A DNA stretch of 63,034 nucleotides, the filler included, from Hyphochytrium catenoides (lineage: Eukaryota; Protista; Hyphochytriomycota): NCBI GenBank assembly GCA_900088475.1. It is 7 parts of 7 records of this genome, joined end to end, with 100 filler letters (N's around TTAATTAATTAA, not from the genome) between each part and the next. Parts side by side here need not be neighbours in the genome. Positions count along the whole stretch, not along the records: positions 1 to 25,455 come from FLMG01000596.1; 6 more parts are not named here. One strand, written 5' to 3'. Both the position numbers and the translations under genes were made by a program. The notes beneath the pieces were generated by a model, which saw only the letters and a list, made by a program, of their open reading frames with translations, did not search any database and was not told the DNA's origin. Below, piece after piece: positions 1-11,681 of this stretch (the first letter of the stretch is position 1; every line of letters begins with the position of its first letter).

Positions 1-1266
1 GACGCAATTTGCATGCAATTTGCAGGGGTGCAATTTGCAATCTCGCAAAGAGTCGAAACCCTGCTAGGAAGATCGAAAAGGCACAGAATCAGACTAGAAT
101 CAGAGCTCGCTCTGAAGGGTACAGTACTTGTACGGAGTCCATCAGACCTTTATCTTCATCAATCAGAACTATTGACCGCGCCGCCTTGATAACGTCGCCC
201 CAATGGAAGCCAACAAGCGCAAGATATGGACAGAGGTGCAGCTACGAGCCGCAATAGCTCAGGTCAAGGAGGATGATGGACACTTCCAAGGCAAGCTGAG
301 GCAACCTATGGCGCTCCACGCTCTACTCTCAAACCCTATGTCGATGGGACTCTTCGGGACGACGACGGCGCCAAGCCAGCAGGGCCGGTGCAGGCTCTAT
401 CTGATGAGGAAGAAGAGAAAGCCACTCTTGCACCGCTGGTTGGTAACAGGGCGAGACAGCGATTTGAATGGCGAGATGGCAGGTCAAAACCATGATTCTG
501 CAAGTGGCCTCCGATGGTAGACCGCACGAATCTAACCCAGCAATCAATAGGTCCATTGGGTAACTCTTCTGATGAGGTCATCATAGCGGCGACTGATACT
601 ACCAGAGGGTCCTGCAGAGGGAGCACCACACTTCTCTTGGCCGTCAGTGCAAGCGGCCAACTTATCTCTCCTCTATTCATTTTCTTCAAGGCTTTGAGGC
701 CTCCAACAAATCTATACGAAGAGCACCTCTAGGAAGTGCAGGCAGCTGCAGCCACCTGAAAATAGACACGTCATTGACACGGAAGTACTTTAAAAGTGGC
801 TCTCCTACTTCCTGCTCTGGGCGCCGGCAGCCAGGCCGCTATTACTTCTGCTGAACAACCACAAATTCCACATTGCTCTAGCAGTGAGACAACTAACCAA
901 GACATGGAGAGCATGAAGCAGGAGAAGCGACAGAGGGCCAAAGAGACAAGAAAGCGTCGAAAGGACGAGGATAAGATCGAGAGACTGGCAAGAAGTCTAA
1001 TGACGAAGGAAGACGGCCTTTCATCAAAGGGTACTCTCCAAGAAGAAGGGCAAAAGCAGCCCGAAGAAGAACAACTGCTAAAGCCCTCGGTAGATCCTCT
1101 ATGTTTTGCTGCCATCCAGACCTCATCTTCTCTTCTCCTTCCATCGACAAACCCTCCTGCGGCCTCGAAGCTGCATACAGACTCTGGAGGAAGTCACAGA
1201 TGTGGATTATGTAAGCGCCCGGGCCACAAGAGACCTACATGCCCCTTGCATCAAGATGGTCTATGA
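1..1266 (+). mobile_element. Decayed, internally deleted pogo/Fot1-like (DDE_1) DNA transposon remnant
   Basis: Fragments lie in different frames: HTH_psq-like start MEANKRKIWTEVQLRAAIAQVK (203), DDE_1-like TTLLLAVSASGQLISPLFIF (~625-690), and a C-terminal CCHC knuckle CGLCKRPGHKRPTC (~1200-1245). GCAATTTGCA occurs three times at 4, 15 and 30 (subterminal-like). Layout matches the intact element at 56690. Confidence 0.75.
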
Positions 1267-2139
1267 GCCTATTTGAGGTTTCTAGTCCAATGTTCAGTGT
1301 GTTCCTCCTCGCCATATCCTGTCACGGCGCGAGCGTGAAGTGCGACCGGTGTTCAATCATAGGGAAAGTAGTAGTGCACTCCTTTAGTTTGTAACCCTAC
1401 CATCAAATATAGGGGTTTGATCGAGCTGGAGTCTCAGCTTAAGAGGTGTCTGCGCGAACATGCCAAAGGATGTGCAGACTCTCTCCCCCTCAAATGAGGG
1501 CTAGCATGGTACCGTTCGACGGCATAGAGCAGCCGTGGGTAAAGCATTCCCTCTGGCCGAGAGAGGCTCTCTTCTTTTTCTTTGAGCGACAGGTCCAACA
1601 GGGTGCCATTGTGGGGCTCGCTTTCGTCCGCACAAACTAGCTAAAGGAGAGGCCTTCAAGACCGACACTTTGGCCTAGCCTAGGAGGACCCTTGAAGAGG
1701 TAGTCCATGCAATCTGAGCCCCAGGACGTAGCTCTTTGGTGAAGAACAAGACATTCCGTCTCGGAAAGGGTGTCCGGTAATTGGTCGGAGCGAACTGTGG
1801 AAGGCAGAAATTCCTCCTGCGGCAGCGCAGCCCTCGCCGACGCTGCAGGCGAAACTAGTCTGCCAGAGCGTTGAGTGAGGTTAGAGAGGATGCTTGTTCG
1901 TACTGTCTTGGAATTTGATTGAAGCTCTGAAAATCATTAGTTGCCGAGAAAGCGCTCATCGCGCTTAAGTCGCCGATAACCGGTAGATATACCCTTAGTA
2001 GCCTTCTTATATTGTGATTTTTTTTCTCTCTCTTGTTGTCAAAAAACAATCACTAGATTTACTGTCGTTGCTAAATAAGAGGAAGCTGGAGGAAAGAGAA
2101 GAACGTCTTCCGCTTTAGTCTAACAAAAACCAAGCTCCC

Positions 2140-2590
2140 TAATAAAATCGCATGCGAATGCTTGGGCCATTATCCAGATGGCAACGTCACCAGACCTCTA
2201 CATTTTTAATAACAAAAACAGAGGCCATCAATAACCGGTTTACCGCCTGATTCACGAGACGAACTCCGCTCTTGGATCCCATTGTGCAACTACTACCGCA
2301 AATATATAAACCATTTTGCAGTCGTAGCACACCCATTAAGCCTTATATCAACTGCTAAAGAAAGATCGCAAGTTTGATTTCCGCAAAGACTGGAAGCCAG
2401 AATCAAAAGAGCTCCAGGCCTTTAACAAATAAAAGCACTGCTAACAGCAGAGCCAATAATAATAATTCACCAGCCAGACCCCAACAGATAGTACATCCTC
2501 CATGTGGATGGTAGCCAAAATGGCTATGGGGCAATCCTCTGTCAAGAAGACAAGGACAAAAATGAAAGGATAATTGCCTACTGCATGAGA
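2140..2590 (+). mobile_element. Ty3/gypsy LTR retrotransposon RT-connection/RNase H relic
   Basis: Frameshifted translation reads CNYYRKYINHFAVVAHPL ... IKALLTAEPII..PDPNR*YILHVDGSQNGYGAILCQED..ERIIAY. This is the standard gypsy RT thumb/RNase H N-terminal pattern. Confidence 0.85.
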
Positions 2591-4216
2591 GTAGTTACTC
2601 GTTTCCTCTGGATACTTTTTCTCTTCTTCTCCTTTTTCCTCTTCTCTTGCACAGCAAGAACAGAACTAGGCAGTAGAGCGTATGAAAGCCTGAGGGACAT
2701 CTGATTGATAATCCACCACCAGGAGGGTTGGCAGGACCTTTGTGGTATGGAGCCAAGGCTCTTCGTTGTCTCTTCTGCCAGCTCGCCGCGCCTCCGGTCT
2801 GGCAGTATGCATAATTACCCTTCTTATTGACTGAGCTCAACCTTTGATAAGATCATCCGCCTCCACCCAGCGGTACAAAGACTCTTTCGAACGCTGCCAA
2901 ACAAGGAGGACTTCAACAGAGACGTAGCGTCACCTGTTGCTGAAAGAGAGAGAAGAGCTGCTGTCGCCGCCGCCATGCTACAATAGCAGCTGCTCTTTCT
3001 CCCAGTGGCAATCTTCTTTTCTCGAGAGCTACCCTAACGTCCCTTCAACTCCTCGTCGTGCGATGCTGGGGTCAGTGATTGCCATGCCCTGGGTGGCCAG
3101 AAGCCCCGACAATCAACCTCCCGAAGAGCTGAGGGGAAGAAACTGCGTACAGTAAAGACAAGGAGACAAACTAGAGAAGATTGAAAGCATCAGCACTATG
3201 ATGATAGAACTATAGCTGGAGCAGAAGAACCCTCCTCCTAGTGGTGTCATTGCTTGCGTCCCTCGAGTGATCTTGCTACGACTAGCACTTCTACTAGTAG
3301 AGCGTAGACAGACTGTTTTTCATGTTCCTGCAGCTAATCCAGAAGGCCGTCGTAGAAGAGGACAAGAGTAAAACGCTAGTAGAACTATTGCTTAGGCTGA
3401 CCCACTAGTCGGTGCTCGTGACGAGGATCACGCAGCCATTCACCGCATCGCCGCCAACAACACTCCGTGCGGCTGCGAACGGGAGCAATCTTCTGATCTT
3501 CTAGTCTTCTATGCAGGGGCGGAGTGTAGAACTACCGGAGCAGCGCCAAGCCTTTCCTTCTTTCCGTCGAGCCAGACGACTGTTTAGAACGAGTGAACAC
3601 TGCCGTCTTAGTCCACCCCAACATCGGGCCAAGGTCTTGGGCAGCAATCTTATGCCCAGTCATTGAAGAAAGAGCAGTAGCCGTAGCCCCAATAAGGTCA
3701 GCCAAGAATGGGAAGAGATGGCAAGTCAAAGAGAAGACAAGGCAAGGAATGACGCACATCCCCTTCCTCCGCTTGGAGTTCGAAGGGTTGGCGCTGCATC
3801 TTCTCTGTGGCTGGATTTGACGGGATGTGTTATAGCTCTATCGAACTGTCAGATCGGCAGTGGGAAGGACGCCAAGAGCTACCTTCTCACGGTGTGCCGA
3901 CCTAATAAAGTCAGGCATCATCATTAGGCGGTCCTAGAGGACAGAGCTGCATGAGCAGCTGCTCCTGCTATGCAGGAGATCCAGGCGGAGAGCTAGGAAA
4001 AGAGAGACAAGCGAAGGGAGAGAAACAGAGAGGGAGAGAGAGAGAGAAAAGAGAGAGAGACAGACAGGAAAAGGAAAGGACTGTCTTTGTGTCTGAAAGA
4101 GAGGAAAAAAGAGCCGAAGAGCTGAGAAGCCCTAGCCCGGGTCAGCCTACCACCAATATACATACGCATAATGACGAACAGCAGAAATGGGGCCTATTTC
4201 TTTTTCTTTCTCTGTC

Positions 4217-4255
<39 letters not shown>

Positions 4256-4279
4256 TTTCTCTCTCTCTCTCTTTCTCGC

Positions 4280-4311
<32 letters not shown>

Positions 4312-5810
4312 CTCTCTCCCTTTCTCTCTCTCTCTCTCTCTCTCTCCCTTTCTCTCTCTCCCTCTCTCTCTCCCTGTCTCTCTTGGCAATTAGGTTTTTC
4401 ACCTGAGTGTTCGTACCCTGGACGGACAAGAGAGAGAAGCGTGGTGAGGTCTCACTGTCTTTCTGGCTCGTCCATCTACCTCCTGCCTCTGTGTCTCAAT
4501 CATGTGTCGCCCAATCCGCGCAGGCTAAGTCCATCTTAGACTAGCGCGATGAAGATGTTCCCCCTGCCTTCCAGATGTACTGGTCTCTCTCTCGTCGCCT
4601 CGAATGACTCTCTCTCTCTCCCTTTCGAGTCCTCTCCCTGCGACTATTTCTAACGTTCACAGTGCGCACCCGACTCTCCTCTCGTATATATAGTGGGAAC
4701 GATCGAGCTAACGCTCGACCTACGACGATGTGCCGCTGCCGCTTCGTCTGCCGCCCAGCCCACGTGCTTTGGGCCTGAAAGAGAAGATGATGCCTCCTCT
4801 GATCCTCCTCCCTCCTGATAGAACTACTACTTGCGGGCTTTCCGCGGTGCCCCTACTAGTTTCTCTCCTTTCTGATGTCTTTCTTTATATCCTTCTTTCT
4901 TAGAATAATGTCTTGTCTCTCCTGGTCTCTCTCCTTCAAGCTCTTCCCTCCTTTCCCTCTCGTCTCTCTTTCTCTTTCTCTTTCTGGTCTTATCTTTCCT
5001 ATCTCTTCTCTCTCTCCAATAGCTCACCTCCTCACCTCTCTCCTCTCTCTCTTATCTTTCCTCTCTCTTCTCTCTCTTCCATAGCTCAGTTCCTTCTATG
5101 TCAGCTTGGGCATTTCCTCAATCTACGACGAGTAACCAGCCAGCCAGCAGGTTCCTGCGAGTGGAAGAGACGACCCTTTCCCATCCAGAAGTGCTTTCAG
5201 CTAGAGGCACATCCCTTGTTATGGCTCATGTTTCGTGCGGCTCGAAGGTCAGACAAGGGATTCTGTCTCGCCTGTGCTCCAAGTTCCTACCTTGCTGACC
5301 TACTATCTCCGAGTCTACCTCTCATTATTGATGATGTCTCTAGGCCCGCCTCGGCAGCAGCTTCTTCCCAGCAACTCCTCTCTCTTCTCCCTCCTGCTGC
5401 CCACTTTCTTTCGGAAGGTAGATAGTAACAGGATCTTGATTGGTCCAGCTGGACGATAGAGAGAAGAGCGGCCAGACCGATAGGCGACGACGGGAAGAGT
5501 GGTAGAGAGAGAACAGATCATCAGCCCGCAGCCTCTCTTATTAGCAATAGAAGAAGCGTCCCTTTTTCCATCGTGAAGCAGTGCAGTCAGCACGCCGCCA
5601 CGCCATCATCCATCCAGTAACGCTGCTCACTTTTCAAAAGGCGGCGTAGGAGACCACGATCCTACTGACCGCTGACCGGCCACTACTGGGAACCGTCGAG
5701 TCCGTCACTTTCTTTTCTCTCCCTCTAGTCTGCGTACCTTGCTCGCTCTTTCTCATCGCCAAGCCCGTCCCTTTCACAGACAAAGAGGAAAGACAACGTT
5801 AAGAGATACT

Positions 5811-7352
5811 ATGGGTGCCTCCTTCCATGTCTCCGTTGCCCTCTTCGGCGCAATGCTGTGTCTATTGTCTTCTTCACCTTTCAATTTCCCCTCCTCCGGG
5901 CTGTTCTCCGGCGTCGCGGCGCAGGATATGTCAGCCAGCCCTGAAAAGCTGTTCCCAAAGGGCATGGCCAGCCAGTTCTTTTTGGCTGATCCGCCTCAGG
6001 CCAACTTTGCCGGGGCCAACTGCCAGAAGTACGTTGTGCCCTCAGTAGAGGTCTGGACGCAAGTGGCGCAGCAAATAAAGGCTTTCCTTGACCTCAAGCT
6101 GGAGGGGCTGGGACCCCAAAAGATCAGTCCAAAGAGGTTCGTCGCAATATTTGTCCGCGCCGCCTTCCACGACGCCGGAACGCACTTAAAAGCTTCAGGA
6201 TCTTCCTCGAAAGCTCCAGCAAGAAGGTCATTAAGTACTAAGAAGGGCCTTGATCTCAGCCCAAGGAATCAAACTGGCGAAGTGCTTCCCCCTTCTCCTT
6301 CTACGGCTCCTTCTGCTGTGCCGAAAAGGATCGACAGCCCGCACATGACGTCCCAAAGACCGGCTGTTCTCCCTGCAACCTCTTCCTCCGGTAGCGGTCT
6401 TCGATCCCTGCAACAGGGAATGATTGAGGGTTGGCAAAGAACGCCTTCTGGGTGGAAGAGAGTTTGGGTGCCAGCCCCAACCCCATTTGTTCCTGGTAGC
6501 TTCAAGGCCATAGGCGGTAGCCCGGCGCCGACTCCGCAGCCTACACCTTCTCCCACTCCTGCTCCTACTACTCCGGCTCCTACTCCGTCGCCAACTCCTG
6601 CTTCTACTCCCTCTCGTGCTGGAGGTGCTGACGGTTCTCTTGTCTTTGCTCCCACGGAAGCGAGCTTTGTAGGGAATACGCTCCCCTTCCCCTTCGTCCC
6701 CTATGTTCGCGGTGGACTCATTGACGTTGTGGAGAAGTTCAAGATATCTTGGGCCGACGCCATTGCCGTGGCAGGCGCGGTGGCATCCAACTACTTTAAT
6801 GAGGTCAACCCCACAGAGTTCAAGCTGGATGTAGGACGCTGTGACAACTTAGAAGCCAACCCCGTCGAGGCACTCCCTCCTCCATGGTTCACGTTGGACC
6901 AAGTAGTAGCTTACTTCAGCTCCCTTGGTCTGACCATTCCCGAAGGCGCAGCACTCATGGGCTCACATGTCATTATGAAGGACAACGACCCCAATAATGC
7001 AGCTTCTGGTGGGAGTCAGATGTTCCGATGGACCAACAAGTACTATACAGATGGGATGGCGGGCACCACCAAGGTTGTTGGCACGGAGTTAGCAGCGACG
7101 GTACAATGGGCTGCTTCGACAAAGTGGCAGTACACTCCGAACGATGCACTAATCTCTTTCGCGGCAACCAAGAAGATCACGGCAGGCGCTGGAAAAGACT
7201 GGAGTCTGGCGATGAGAGACTTTGCCCTTGATGAAGATAAGTGGGTGAAGGTATATGCGGAAGCGTATAGGAAGCTGACCGATGTGGGCGCAATGTTTGC
7301 GACTGGAAAGCCGAAGGAGATTAGCATCCCTGCGTTTCCTTCGAAGCAGTAG
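5811..7352 (+). CDS. Secreted heme peroxidase (non-animal peroxidase superfamily) with large Pro/Thr/Ser-rich insert; intronless
   Basis: Hydrophobic N-terminus from ATG 5811; distal motif RAAFHDAG; GGADGS; ISWADAIAVAG; GRCD; proximal-His motif LMGSH; C-terminal YAEAYRKLTDVG. Confidence 0.88.
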   Translation: MGASFHVSVALFGAMLCLLSSSPFNFPSSGLFSGVAAQDMSASPEKLFPKGMASQFFLADPPQANFAGANCQKYVVPSVEVWTQVAQQIKAFLDLKLEGLGPQKISPKRFVAIFVRAAFHDAGTHLKASGSSSKAPARRSLSTKKGLDLSPRNQTGEVLPPSPSTAPSAVPKRIDSPHMTSQRPAVLPATSSSGSGLRSLQQGMIEGWQRTPSGWKRVWVPAPTPFVPGSFKAIGGSPAPTPQPTPSPTPAPTTPAPTPSPTPASTPSRAGGADGSLVFAPTEASFVGNTLPFPFVPYVRGGLIDVVEKFKISWADAIAVAGAVASNYFNEVNPTEFKLDVGRCDNLEANPVEALPPPWFTLDQVVAYFSSLGLTIPEGAALMGSHVIMKDNDPNNAASGGSQMFRWTNKYYTDGMAGTTKVVGTELAATVQWAASTKWQYTPNDALISFAATKKITAGAGKDWSLAMRDFALDEDKWVKVYAEAYRKLTDVGAMFATGKPKEISIPAFPSKQ

Positions 7353-8236
7353 TGGATAAGAAGGAGATAGGTCAAGCTGAATGACGGGGCAGGCAACGGG
7401 AGAAGAAGACAGGTTGAGAGATAAGAGCAGTTCAAAATTTTCATACTATGGCATAGGGATAGTTGGGGGTTGCCAGAAGAGATGTGAACAACAAGGCGAT
7501 GCGAAGATGGTTCCCAGTAGGCCGGCCGGGAGGCTCTCACTAACGGCCATTATCACTGTCTTTGGTTCTTCCCCTCTTTTCTCACTTCCCTTCTTCCTTG
7601 TCTGGCACATTCTCTCCCCGACGATAATTGGCGCCGCCCTCCTTCGCCTCTGGCCTGGCTGGCATTTATCCATCATCATTTTTTGCTCTTTCGATGGTCT
7701 ATTTATATATCATAACTCAAAATAATCTATATTTGTACACGCTAGTGGTTTGACTAAGAAAATGGTCAACGAGAGGAGAAAAGAAGGAGGATGAGGAGGG
7801 GGAAGAGACGAAGAGGAGAAGTTCTTAATCTCTGTCAGTTTCTCTCTCGTTGGTCATCAGAAACGAAGAGAGAAGATCACCGCTTGGCAGAAAGACAGGG
7901 CTCTTAACTGGCGCGTTTTTTTAAGGTTGAAGGAACAGCCATGGCGGCGATGCAAGGGCCACGATCTATGCTGCGCAACCATGCACACAAGGACCGTCTC
8001 TCGTGCACTGTCCACAGGGTCTAGAGCCAATGGAACTAAGGCTACAGCCAGACAGCGTGCCGTTTGGGGCGCGTAGGAGGGAAGTCTTTATTGTCTAAGC
8101 TGTCTATTCTAGGAAGCTGGCTGGGAATTGCACATACTATCTATCAAGTCGTATAATAGCTTCAGCGGCACCGAGAGAGACGCTAACAAGGATCTACCGA
8201 CAGCATCACTGGTGCTTGTCCATCACCAGGAGCAGC

Positions 8237-8322
8237 TGTCTTATCTATGGATAGAGGAGGTATCCCTCCTGGGGGCCACATAGAAAGACACGCACGTACC
8301 TCCTCTACCCATAGATAAGACA
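8237..8322. repeat. 86-bp inverted repeat (26-bp arms, 1 mismatch)
   Basis: TGTCTTATCTATGGATAGAGGAGGTA (8237-8262) is the reverse complement of TACCTCCTCTACCCATAGATAAGACA (8297-8322) at 25/26 positions. Confidence 0.9.
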
Positions 8323-10495
8323 CACACAGGTCGTGAGAAGAGCCCACTCTCCTTCTCCCAACCGCAGAGCAAGGTAGCTGTCGACATAGCTAGCCATACC
8401 TATGCTCGAGTTTTGGGGGAGGGAGAGAGAGAGAGCGAGAGAGAGCGAGAGAGAGAGAGGAGCGAGAGAGAGAGCGCGAGAGAGAGCGAGAGAGAGTGTA
8501 ACAGGACGCCTGAGCTGAAGCAGCTGCGAGACCTTGTGAAGCTTCTGATTGGCCGATTTGCGATTTAGATGAGAAGATTCTAGGATTCTCTCATGCTAGT
8601 TGGAGATGGCTGGAGCTTCACAGTGCGTCATCAGAAGAGAGAACAGGCCAGGGACTGGGAGCTGTCAGAAGGTAAGGAAGGAGCAGGAGAGGTCAGCAAG
8701 GAAACCTAGGAGTGAAGGTCAGAAGGGAGAGATCTTCGGGTGTGGAGAACAGTAGGGGGATTATGTGTGTTAAGCAGTAGGATAGGGTACACGAAGATGT
8801 AGGGATGTAGGCAAGAGCAGCAAGAGACGAGGAGATTAGAGAAAGCACAGAGAGAGAGAGAAGAGAAGCTAGGATAGCTGATAGGAGCAGTCGGTTGTAG
8901 GAACAAGAAAGCAGTGACAGTCAGTCAGGATTTGGCTCTATCTCAATAACTCTAAAAACGCTATTTCCTCCTAGAAGGCCGCTCATTAGACTTACTGCCT
9001 TGAAACTGCACTGAGGCTCTTCTGACTGTTGCGCTGCCAGCTCAGATTAGTTCTCTTTGCGGATTCGTTATCGGTATCTGTCGGTCGATATCTGAAGTTT
9101 ATCGTGGCTTCAGAAATCAGTCTGCAGATTCGATCCGTGGCGCAGTCTTGGCTAATACCGAGACTGTCTCAGAGAGTAAGAGAGAGAGACAGACAGAGAG
9201 AGAGAGAGAGACAGACAGAGAGAGAGAGAGAGAGACAGAGACAGAGAGAAGCGTGCAGACAGAACACCCTGAGGAAGAAAGAGGGAGCAAGGAGGAGGAA
9301 AGGCGGATGTGGGACGAGCCGAGAAAGCAAAGAAGAAGCAGCGACGAATCAGTGCCTATCGCCTTGTTTGTTCTCCTCTTTCTTTCTTTTCTACAATCCC
9401 CGGCTGCTGCCTCGAGGATAGCTGCGTGCTCCTGCTGCAGAAAGACATGGCTGATCATGCACTACACCGTAAGCAGCAAGGGGAAGGTAGCGCCTCTACA
9501 CATGGGCGCCCGTAGCATTATTAGCGCGCCTGCCTCTGTCTGCCTTTTGAAGACAAAGAACCTCGTCGAGGTAAAATCATCAGAACGAGCTGCCTGAGGT
9601 TGGAAGAGAGACAATTATTGAGCAGACAAACAGAGACGCTGGATATGACAGAAGAGGAGACACTTTATAGTAAGATAACAGAGCATGTGTAAGGAGTAAG
9701 GAGAGACGGAGAGAGAAGAAGAGAAGCTCTGCCGCAGCGGGATGAGGAGAGGACAGTGGTAGAAGAGACAGAATGGTGTAGGAGGAGAATGAGACAAAAA
9801 GGAAAGAACAAGGAAGAGAGAGAGACAGAGAGATGAGCAGGAGAGAGAGAGAGAGAGGGAGAGAGAGAGTGAGTGGGAGGGAGAAAGAGAGACAGAGAGA
9901 GATCGAGAGAGAGAGACTCTAAAAAGAGAGTAAGAGAGAGAGCGAGAGAAAAAAGGGAGGGAGACAGAGAGAGAGAGAGAGAGAGAGAGCCAAGGGTACT
10001 CGTACAGCTGTAACGACGGCAAGGTCATTAACGATAATCCAAATTAGATTCATAAGATAACTATATGTATAGTTATCAGTAATAAGCTGGGCCAAGTGAA
10101 AAGGGTGCTCAGGAGGTGGGACCTCTGCAGTGTCAGAGACAGAGTGAGGAGTGTTCTCTGGCACAGCGATACTGAGATATATTACCACGCGGAAAAGCCG
10201 AGCCATTTACCCTATAAAGCGTCATACTATTATTAGCTCAGAACAGGCAACGCTGCACGAAGAGATATTCTGGAGCCAGGAGGGAAAAGCTTCAGAAAAT
10301 TGCGGAAGAGATCTCTCATTGCGTCTCTAGATCTCTATCTTCCAAGCGTCTGCACGTCTGAGCTCCTTCATTTCCCTAACTTCTATACTACTCAAGGCGG
10401 AGAGAGACCTACTGCGACACCGTTTCCACCAAACAATATTAGCGCTTATAGTCTGCCTCATTGTACCACTGTGGCCATTGCGAGAGACCGGCAAG

Positions 10496-11049
10496 ATGAT
10501 GTTTAGAAGCACTATTGCCTCTACCGTTGGGCTCTCGGCCCTTCTTTTGTGCCACTTTGGAAGCCAATACCAAACAGAAGCCGCCGTCTGCACAGGTCCA
10601 CTTCAAAGCACAGCGGTCCGAGGGGTAGGGGAGCCTTGCGGCGGGTACTGTCTCTCTCTCGGACAGTGCAAAGAGGGACTGAGTTGTGATCTGGGCCAAT
10701 TTCATACGGGCGTGGCGCTTCTTGGACGGGCCGCGGAAGGAGTCTGCAGAGACCCAGAGGTTGACGCGAAAGGTAGGAAGGAAGAGGACCCCATGGACTT
10801 ATCACATTGTCTCCCTTCCTCAAGTGCTCCCCCACACCGCCCTCTCTTCTTAAATAAGTTCAGATCTTTGTGTCGTGGGCATGTCTCCTGCTGTCTAGTT
10901 CTCTTCTCCGTCCCTCCCCTGAGCGCGTCATCTCTCTCGTTTTTACTTCCTTCATTCTTATAACAGCGTCTTCCTGCTTCGACTCCGTTGTTGGTGATTG
11001 ACAAGGGACAATTCTTGTTGGTGATTGACAAGGGACAATTCTGCATGTC

Positions 11050-11081
<32 letters not shown>

Positions 11082-11681
11082 NNNNNNNNNNNNNNNNNNN
11101 NNNNNNNNNNNNNNNCTCTCTCTCTCTCTTTATATATCCGTCTCTCTTCGCCTCTCCACGTTTGACTACTGAAGATCTTCTCACTCACTTTGACTTAGCA
11201 TTCCCCACCTTTCAGTATGTTTTTCTTTATCTAACGCGGTCTCTTCTCTTTATCCTAGCCTAACCCATCTCTCTATCTTTTCTCTCTCGCTTTCCTCTCT
11301 GCAGTCTTCTGTGAGTCAGAATGTAGCAAGAAGCTGGACGAGGGAGAGATTCTCTCTTACTCTCGTCTTCTCTCTCTCTCCAACGACTATCAAGAAGTGC
11401 ACGCCATCATCTCCAACCCTACCTTCCTGGAGAAAATGACCTCTATTATTGGGCCACAGCGCTTCTCTCGCGTGGTCTGTGCGCAAGAAGTGATCCTGAA
11501 AGATGGAGAGAGAGAGGGAGAGAAGAGCTACAGGCTGATGATTGATGACTCTGCTCTAGATTATAGGGCTGCGGAAGACGTTTACCAGAGAGTGATTGTC
11601 ACAGTGAAGGGAGAAGAAGGAGAAGTCCAGAGTATCAAGGCCAAGCAGCTTCTTGGCAAGGAGCTGGACAAGTGTCGTTAA
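10496..11681 (+). CDS. Two-exon small secreted protein: IGFBP-N-like Cys-rich module plus possible cystatin-like C-terminal domain (exons 10496-10772, 11305-11681)
   Basis: Signal-peptide-like start and the motif GEPCGGYC...GQCKEGLSC...GVC. A phase-1 GT (10773)..AG (11304) intron joins in frame to an open exon ending in TAA. Domain names come from motif resemblance only. Confidence 0.65.
10988..11041 (+). repeat. Perfect 27-bp tandem duplication in intron
   Basis: TTGTTGGTGATTGACAAGGGACAATTC x2. Confidence 0.9.
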
